This document shows, piece after piece, positions 57,832 through 64,000 of a stretch of 64,000 nt of DNA. The notes beneath the pieces were generated by a model, which saw only the letters and a list, made by a program, of their open reading frames with translations, had not been told where the DNA came from and did not search any database. The translations under genes were made by a program, and so were the position numbers. Origin of the DNA: a bacterium HR10 (GTDB lineage: Bacteria; Acidobacteriota; Blastocatellia; HR10); NCBI GenBank assembly GCA_002923315.1, contig BEHM01000014.1, positions 5,296 to 69,295 on the forward strand, written 5' to 3'. How positions within the stretch are numbered: the first letter of the stretch is position 1; each line of letters begins with the position of its first letter.

Positions 57832-58671
57832 TCATTCGACGAATTCAATGGGAACTGACCGGGGGAGCACACCGCGTTCGTATCCCATCTGCAGAAGCTG
57901 GCGGATGGCTGCCTTTCCGCGTTCTCCGCACTCGAGCGTCAGCTCATTGACGTACATGCGGACGAAGCGATCGGCCGAGGTCACGTCCAACCCGCGCCCG
58001 AACTGGAGCGCGTAAGCGAGCGCTTCCTCGCGATGGGTGAACGCGTAGGCGATGCTTTGCTTGAGTAGCCCCGCGAGTGCACGACACGCGTCCGCACCGA
58101 GATCGCGCCTGACAGCGTTTCCACCTAACGGCAGCGGCAGCCCCGTCCGATCGAACCACCATTGGCCGAGATCAAGGACCTTCCGCAAGCCGAGCGTCGG
58201 GTACGTCAGTTGTCCTTCGTGGATGAGCAGCCCGGCGTCGGCCTGCCCCTTCGCCACATGCTCCGGAATGCGATCGAAGGGGACGACCGTATAGCGGACG
58301 TCCGGGACGATGAGTCGAAGCACGAGGAAGGCTGTCGTCAGCGTTCCCGGCACAGCGATGCGAGCCTGAGGGAGATCGTCAACCGTCAGCGCCTCGCGAG
58401 CAACGAGAAGAGGGCCATATCCCTCCCCCATGCTCGCTCCGCTGGTCAGGAGCACGTACTTATCGGCGACGTACGCATAGGCGTGAAAGGAGAGTGCCGT
58501 CAGTTCGTACTCCCCTTCCATGGCGCTGCGGTTGAGCGATTCGATGTCTTTGAGAACGTGCTCGAAGCGAAACCCTTCGGTGGGAATCTTCCCCCGCACG
58601 AGGGCATAGAACATGAACGCATCGTCCGGATCCGGACTATGCGCGATGCGAATGAGCGGCGAGGCATCCAT
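57832..58671 (-). CDS. MqnA/MqnD-family (futalosine-pathway menaquinone biosynthesis, periplasmic-binding-fold) protein
   Basis: IRIAHSPDPDDAFMFYAL N-terminal signature and LLIHEGQLTY. Confidence 0.6.
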   Translation of the reverse strand: MDASPLIRIAHSPDPDDAFMFYALVRGKIPTEGFRFEHVLKDIESLNRSAMEGEYELTALSFHAYAYVADKYVLLTSGASMGEGYGPLLVAREALTVDDLPQARIAVPGTLTTAFLVLRLIVPDVRYTVVPFDRIPEHVAKGQADAGLLIHEGQLTYPTLGLRKVLDLGQWWFDRTGLPLPLGGNAVRRDLGADACRALAGLLKQSIAYAFTHREEALAYALQFGRGLDVTSADRFVRMYVNELTLECGERGKAAIRQLLQMGYERGVLPRSVPIEFVE

Positions 58672-58797
58672 ATATCGAGCCTCCCAACGCAGCAAATTCG
58701 CAAGTTTAGCGAACCGGTGACCGTGGGGCAAGCATTCGATCTCTCAAGTGGCTTCGCCTTCCCATGGACCGCATTCGATCGCTCGCGCGCTGGAGGC

Positions 58798-59913
58798 TCA
58801 TTCGTACATTAAGGCTCGCACCGGATCTTGGAGCGCGGCGCGCAAGGCTGGGTAGAGCGCGCCCACGGCGCCGCTCCCGAATCCGGCGGCGATCGTCGCG
58901 AGCACCCATCGCCATTCCATCTCCACGCGCAGGGCCGTGAGTCCGCCTACGAGGGATTTGAGGACGAGCGAGAGGGCGAGGGCCATGAGGATCCCGAGGC
59001 CGCTGATGGCGAGGGCCTGCTTCTCGACGAGGGCGGCGATGAAGGTTCGAGAGGCGCCCAGGCTCTTCAAGATGCCGATCTGCCGCGTCTGCTCCAACAC
59101 GCTCGTGTACATGGTCAGCGTGATCAGGAGCGTGCTCACGACGACGGCCACGCCGAGGATGGCTTTGAGGAAGCTGTTGATCAGCGGAGTCCCATCGGCA
59201 TACAGGCGGGGGAGGTCGCGCGTGAGGACGATCTGCCGGTCGGGGAGTCGCCGTTGCAACTCGGCGGCGATCGCCTCTTGGTCTTCCGGGCGAGCGCATT
59301 TGACGAGAAAGGCCGATCCCCGACCTTCAGCCCCGAGCGCGCGTTGCATCGTCTCCAAGGGGATCTTGATGCGCGGGCCGAGCGGCGGCTCGTAGATGCC
59401 GACGATGCGGAACGGGCGGCCGAAGATCTCGATCGTCTCGCCGATCTTCGCCCCTCGAGAGCGGGCGCGCACGGTATCAATGAGCGCTTCGTCACCCCCC
59501 TTCAGGCCGCGCCCCTCGACCAGGCGCAATCCCGTCAGCGAGGCGTACTCGGCGTATTTCACGCCCTCGACGAGTCGCAGGTCGAGGCCGCGTCCTGTCG
59601 GCTGCAGATACTGGCCGACGAGGGTGACCCCCTGCACGCCGGGAACTTCAGCGATCGTCCGCGCGAGCGCTTCGGACAGCATGAGCTGCGCGCTGCTCGG
59701 GGTGAGCCCCGCCGTCCCACGCTCGCGCACGAGGATCTCCACGCCGACGCTCGCTTCGCGCCGGCCGCGCTCTTTCAAGATGCCGCGCACAAGCCCCGTG
59801 GTCATCAACACGAGCGTCATGGCCGCAGCGACGCCGAGGACGCTCGCCGCCGTGCGCCTCGGATGATGCAGCAGGAAGCTCAGGACCAGGTTATCGCGCC
59901 AGCGACCGCTCAT
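58798..59913 (-). CDS. ABC transporter permease, MacB/FtsX-like
   Basis: N-terminal TM helix, a large periplasmic domain, and a C-terminal FtsX 3-helix bundle (IGILKSLGASRTFI). No ATPase gene is adjacent. Confidence 0.8.
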   Translation of the reverse strand: MSGRWRDNLVLSFLLHHPRRTAASVLGVAAAMTLVLMTTGLVRGILKERGRREASVGVEILVRERGTAGLTPSSAQLMLSEALARTIAEVPGVQGVTLVGQYLQPTGRGLDLRLVEGVKYAEYASLTGLRLVEGRGLKGGDEALIDTVRARSRGAKIGETIEIFGRPFRIVGIYEPPLGPRIKIPLETMQRALGAEGRGSAFLVKCARPEDQEAIAAELQRRLPDRQIVLTRDLPRLYADGTPLINSFLKAILGVAVVVSTLLITLTMYTSVLEQTRQIGILKSLGASRTFIAALVEKQALAISGLGILMALALSLVLKSLVGGLTALRVEMEWRWVLATIAAGFGSGAVGALYPALRAALQDPVRALMYE

Positions 59914-62434
59914 CGAAAACCTCCCAGGCGATCTCGCCCACCAGAGGGCGGAATCCCTTCGCCCGCGCCGTCTCGCTCACGCGGCCATCGCGCGTCGCGC
60001 CGATCAGCTCCAGCACCGTCGGCACGAGCGAGAGGCTGTCATACGGACGCGTGACGATGTACCCTCGCTTGAGGCCCGTCAGGCGCCCCCCCCACATCAT
60101 CCATGTCGCGTGCGTCGCCGTGCGATAGAAGCTCCCATGGTTGCCCCCCGGATTGAAGTCGCGAATGTTGAAGTTCCAATACGGATTCGCATGGAGCAGC
60201 AGGTCCGGCTCGACATTTCGCCGTCGTCGCGCGAAGAAGCGTCGCAACAGCGACGCCTCAGGCGAACCCCCGTCCTCCGCGCGACCCACCAGCCGCGCAT
60301 TCTCCGCCGCGCGCACCTGCGCTTCGTACCTCATGGGCCCGGAGATCGCCAATTCCGACCGCGCGAGCAGCTCATAAAGCCCCACCACCGCGATCGCATA
60401 TCGCGTGCGATGCGTCGCCTCGATCCATTCCCGCTCGGTGTGGAACTCCTGGAGCCACGCGCGGCGATCGCCCGCGATGGCGAGATTCTCGTCCTCCCAG
60501 AGGGCGAGGGGGAACCCCGGCTGAGGATCTCGCCATTCGAAGGTGATGGTGCCATCGGCCGCCTGCGTCAGGCGGGCGATCGGCGCATAGCGAAGAAGCC
60601 TCTGCGTCGCCTCCTCGGGCGAGCGCTTCGCCACGATGAGCGCCTGGTGCTCCTCACCGCCGTAGAGCCACACCACGTCCTCGCCTGTATCCAGCGGCGT
60701 TCCGCGCAACGCCGATCGAATCTCCGCATAAGGGATGCGCAGGGCGATGAAGTCCACCGGATAGGGCGAGACCTGCGGCTGCACATTGTTGAGGACGCGA
60801 TGTTCCTTCAAGAGCCGGAGATAGTTGATCCGGCGGAATGTCGCCTCTTCATCCACGCGCCCGTTCGGATGCAGGTGGATCGTCCCGTCCTTCAATCCCA
60901 CGACATAGTTCTGCAACTGATACACGGAGTTCCGCGGGCCGAACACTCGCGGCCGGATGAGGTCTTCGATGCGCACCGCCTGAGGATCGAACGTCTCCTC
61001 TCGCAGCGCGAGCAGGTTCGAGAGCATCTGAAGATACGCCGCGTATTCGGCGCGATACTCGACCATGTTCCTCACGTGGGCTCGCAGCTCTTTCCGCACC
61101 TCGTCCGGCAGCGGGGAAGGCGCCGACAGCGCCGCCTGCACGCGATGGATCCACTGATCCACGGCCCACAGCTCCTCGCGCAGCTCCGCGCACTCGCGCT
61201 CCCAGCGGGCGCGGTTCCGCTCGAGGACCTCGAAGAACAGAGCGCGCAAGGCGCGGGAGACGCGCTCCGGATGACGCCGCTTCATCTGCTGCGCGAGCAG
61301 ATGGAGGAGGTTCAGATCGGAATTCCGAAAGTGCAGCATCGCCCGCTCGTTCCCATCGTAATCGATGAAGAGCGTCGGGTAGTGCGCTTGCCCCTTCAGG
61401 TAGAGCGATTCGCGGCTCGGATTGATGAACCCCTGGGCGAGGAAGTTCATGCTGCGAAATTGGAAATCGTGCAGATTCGCCCGCTTGGTCAGGACGTGAT
61501 GCCCCCCCCACGCGGCGCGCGTGAAGTAGGTCACGAGGTTGAAGCCCTGGCTGTAGATCTCCGGATGCGTCGTGATGCCATGATCGGAGACGAGGATGAG
61601 GACCGTCTCCTCGGGGTATGGTCCCTCGCGGATGGCCGCATACACGCGCCCGACGGTTCGATCCACGCGTTGCAACAGATGGAGGATCAGCTCCTCATCG
61701 TTGTTCGTGTGCACGAAGTGGTCGAAGAGCGAGTAATAGGCGCTCAGGTAGAGGAAGCGGGGGTCCCTCAGGTTCGCCAGAAGATGCTCCTCGTTGGCCG
61801 TATCGAAGGCCTCGTGCGAATCGGGGCCGCCGAGCCATCGAGCCAGCAGCTCCTCCACCGAGCGGCTGGGGAATCGCGCCTGCAGCGTTCGCGCCAGAGC
61901 CGTCCAGCTCGTCCCGCGTCGGATCAGTTCGAGTCCGATCCGCTTCTCCTCGGGCTCATAGAGGTCTTCCACAAGCGGCGCGCCTCGCTCATCCAACACT
62001 TCCACGGCTCGCGCATGCAGGCGCCGACCGCGCAGGAGTTCGTATTGGATCAGGACGTTGTTCAGATAGTCCTCCAGACGCCCCGTCGCCCGATCCCATT
62101 CCACGTTCGAGAGGAGCGGTTGCGGATGACCCGTCGCGAGCATGGCCCACGATGGCCCGGAGAGGGATTGTCCGCGCGTGTAGAAGTTCTCGAAAACGAC
62201 GCCTTCGTCGTAGAAGACGCGCCGGATCCAGGGGAGGTAGCTCTTGCCCGTTTGCGGATTACGCTCCCGGACGTATTTCTGGATGAGGTCGGGCGGGAGC
62301 CCGTCGAATCTCAAGAAGATGAGGCGCCGCACCGGCTGCGCGCGCTTTTCCGCCCATACCGGACAGGCGGCGATCCCTTCGACGAGAAGGGCGAGCAGAA
62401 GGAGGCTGAGCGGGCGTCGAGTGCGCATCCTCAT
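59891..62434 (-). CDS. secreted alkaline-phosphatase-superfamily (nucleotide pyrophosphatase/phosphodiesterase-like) protein with about 500 aa of unknown C-terminal region
   Basis: Signal peptide MRMRTRRPLSLLLLALLVEGIAA. RLIFLRFDGLPPDL and ILVSDHGIT metal-ligand contexts. Confidence 0.55.
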   Translation of the reverse strand: MRMRTRRPLSLLLLALLVEGIAACPVWAEKRAQPVRRLIFLRFDGLPPDLIQKYVRERNPQTGKSYLPWIRRVFYDEGVVFENFYTRGQSLSGPSWAMLATGHPQPLLSNVEWDRATGRLEDYLNNVLIQYELLRGRRLHARAVEVLDERGAPLVEDLYEPEEKRIGLELIRRGTSWTALARTLQARFPSRSVEELLARWLGGPDSHEAFDTANEEHLLANLRDPRFLYLSAYYSLFDHFVHTNNDEELILHLLQRVDRTVGRVYAAIREGPYPEETVLILVSDHGITTHPEIYSQGFNLVTYFTRAAWGGHHVLTKRANLHDFQFRSMNFLAQGFINPSRESLYLKGQAHYPTLFIDYDGNERAMLHFRNSDLNLLHLLAQQMKRRHPERVSRALRALFFEVLERNRARWERECAELREELWAVDQWIHRVQAALSAPSPLPDEVRKELRAHVRNMVEYRAEYAAYLQMLSNLLALREETFDPQAVRIEDLIRPRVFGPRNSVYQLQNYVVGLKDGTIHLHPNGRVDEEATFRRINYLRLLKEHRVLNNVQPQVSPYPVDFIALRIPYAEIRSALRGTPLDTGEDVVWLYGGEEHQALIVAKRSPEEATQRLLRYAPIARLTQAADGTITFEWRDPQPGFPLALWEDENLAIAGDRRAWLQEFHTEREWIEATHRTRYAIAVVGLYELLARSELAISGPMRYEAQVRAAENARLVGRAEDGGSPEASLLRRFFARRRRNVEPDLLLHANPYWNFNIRDFNPGGNHGSFYRTATHATWMMWGGRLTGLKRGYIVTRPYDSLSLVPTVLELIGATRDGRVSETARAKGFRPLVGEIAWEVFDERSLAR

Positions 62435-62438
62435 GGGG

Positions 62439-64000
62439 CTAGGGCTCCCGCAGCGGCGGCTCACCGCCGCTCGGCCCGCCGCGCGAGCGCATCACACCGT
62501 TCGGCGCGAGGACACCCTCTTGTGCAGTTCTCTCGCGGAGCATGGGATCCATCTCGCGCTGGAGGGCGAGCAGGACACGCCGCGCCTTCTCGTTCCGCAT
62601 CGCGGCGAGCGCGCGCACGCACGCCCACCGGAACTCCGGATCGCCCGAGCGCGCGAAGGCTTCTCGCAACACGTCCACAATCTCCGGTCCGGCCACATCC
62701 GCATGCCTCTGGATGAACTCGACCGATGCCCGTAAGGGCGCGAGGTCGCGCTCCTCATCCAAACGGAGGGAGCCTCTCAAGGCCGCTTCCAATTGCGCGC
62801 GATGGAACGCCATCCGCCGCGCCAGGTCCGAGCGCGCGCGCAGCTCCGGCGTCAGCTCCTCTCGATGCGTGTAGAGCCCGAGCGTCACCACATGGGCCAG
62901 CGTGAAGAACGCGCGCGCCGCCCGTCCATGCATCAGGCGCCGGTATTCGCGCTGGCGGTCTCGCTCCAGCCGACGGGCGAGCGCGGACGTCTCGGTCGCC
63001 GCGCGCACCAGCGCCTCATGCTGCCGCGCCGCGATCGCCGGTTGATACCGGAAGGTATTCTCCACCACCAGGGCGCGCGCCTTCTCCGCCTTGCGCGCGA
63101 GCGCCGCCTTCAGTTGCGGATCCAGTTGATCATCGGTCAGCAGCAGCGCGCTCAACTCCGCATGCGCCTTCAACCGGCTCGGTTGATTGAGGTCTATCCC
63201 CTTCTTCCGCGTCACATAGTTCACCAGCGAGCGCGTGAGGAGATAGCTCAGGTCCCCATAAGGGGAGAGATTGAGGAGGTATCGCGCCGAATCCGTGAGC
63301 ATCTTCCCCGACGCATCGCGCGCCTTGACGTGAAGGGCGCTGCGGAAGTCGGCGAGCAGGATCGGGATCTTCGGGAAATCGAGCCCATACAGAGCCAGTG
63401 GGATCAATGTCACAGCTCGCGCCTCGGGATGCTCCGGCGTCACGCGCCGATTCTCCCGATCCAGATAGATCGTCTTCGTATAGCCGGACCATCGCCGCAG
63501 TCGCTCGTCCGTCCACGGATTCTTGATGTTGAGGAATCGCGTGTTGAACGCGCGTCGTCCGAAATGCTCCTGAAGCGCTTCTCGCGAGATCCAGAGCAAG
63601 GCGTGCGAGGGAGGCTCTCCCGGCACGCCGAGCGGCTCGAAGATGAGCCCCTCCTCTTCAGCGCGTTGCCGCAGGAAGTCCCAATTCGTCGCCCGCCGCT
63701 CGCGGCTCTTCTGCGCCTCGCGCAGGGTCAGCTCCGCTAGCGTCGGCTCCCGCAGAAAGGCGCCGAGCACGCTCTGCTGCGAGAGATGGGCCTTGATCCG
63801 CACGATCTCGCTCTCGGTCAGCGCGGACGCATTCTGCTGCTCGTAGAGGGAGAGAATCGCCAGCGCCTTGGCGATCTGCGCCTCGCGATATTCCTCCAGA
63901 TTCCGCTGTTTCGTTCGGGGCAGGGCACGAAAGAGCCATCCCTTCGAGTCGAGGACGGCGTTTTGCAGGATGAGCCGCGATGTCTTCTCCCAGAGCGGAC
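62439..64000 (-). CDS. hypothetical protein, 5' end outside window (HEAT-like C-terminus)
   Basis: The frame is open from the stop at 62439 to the window edge; the GTG at 63803 is internal. Helical, protein-like sequence. C-terminal RWACVRALAAMRNEKARRVLLAL is HEAT-like. Confidence 0.5.
   Translation of the reverse strand, partial: PLWEKTSRLILQNAVLDSKGWLFRALPRTKQRNLEEYREAQIAKALAILSLYEQQNASALTESEIVRIKAHLSQQSVLGAFLREPTLAELTLREAQKSRERRATNWDFLRQRAEEEGLIFEPLGVPGEPPSHALLWISREALQEHFGRRAFNTRFLNIKNPWTDERLRRWSGYTKTIYLDRENRRVTPEHPEARAVTLIPLALYGLDFPKIPILLADFRSALHVKARDASGKMLTDSARYLLNLSPYGDLSYLLTRSLVNYVTRKKGIDLNQPSRLKAHAELSALLLTDDQLDPQLKAALARKAEKARALVVENTFRYQPAIAARQHEALVRAATETSALARRLERDRQREYRRLMHGRAARAFFTLAHVVTLGLYTHREELTPELRARSDLARRMAFHRAQLEAALRGSLRLDEERDLAPLRASVEFIQRHADVAGPEIVDVLREAFARSGDPEFRWACVRALAAMRNEKARRVLLALQREMDPMLRERTAQEGVLAPNGVMRSRGGPSGGEPPLREP

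Overview
GC-rich, densely coding bacterial chromosomal segment. Gene content is diderm-type (kdsC, rseP, PBP4, FtsX permease). An Acidobacteriota-like lineage is only a low-confidence guess. I support about 60 protein genes. I found no rRNA or tRNA, no CRISPR array, and no recognisable transposase, integrase or phage genes. Most long ORFs antisense to these genes are high-GC artefacts.

Layout:
(i) 1-10.5 kb: envelope and lipid housekeeping (TPR protein, kdsC, deoC, CDP-alcohol phosphatidyltransferase, accC plus a biotinyl carrier, rseP, a larE-like gene, PBP4).
(ii) 10.6-14.5 kb: rplM-rpsI and rpsB-tsf-pyrH-frr.
(iii) 16.1-25.0 kb: a nine-gene, translationally coupled cluster (KAS III-like, 4 glycosyltransferases, 2 methyltransferases, 2 sulfotransferase-like proteins).
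(iv) ychF and an archaeal-type SAM synthetase, separated by a duplicated 31-bp segment.
(v) 27.7-35.0 kb: three large secreted beta-propeller repeat proteins around moeA-moaC.
(vi) 35.1-42.6 kb: a redox island. An ECF sigma / ZAS anti-sigma / HAO-like octaheme cytochrome operon lies divergent from a pentaheme cytochrome / beta-propeller / Rieske / cytochrome b / nonaheme cytochrome operon.
(vii) nrdJ operon with small redox and heme proteins, then a divergent hsp20 pair.
(viii) 48.3-49.8 kb: a secreted propeller gene preceded by a Cys-rich secreted ORF. That ORF is interrupted by one in-frame UGA followed by a hairpin. It sits behind consensus -35/-10 boxes separated by a GACA-repeat spacer.
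(ix) SOD-family gene, yebC, an SSS transporter, a giant NxxGxxAF-repeat protein, coxG-like, mqnA/D-like, and an operon of unknown function (hypothetical / alkaline-phosphatase-like / FtsX permease) that runs off the 3' end.

Most interesting candidates: the multiheme Rieske/cyt b plus HAO-like island, the sulfo-glyco-lipid-like cluster, and the UGA-interrupted Cys-rich ORF with its repeat-containing promoter. All functional calls come from reading motifs by eye. No database search was possible.
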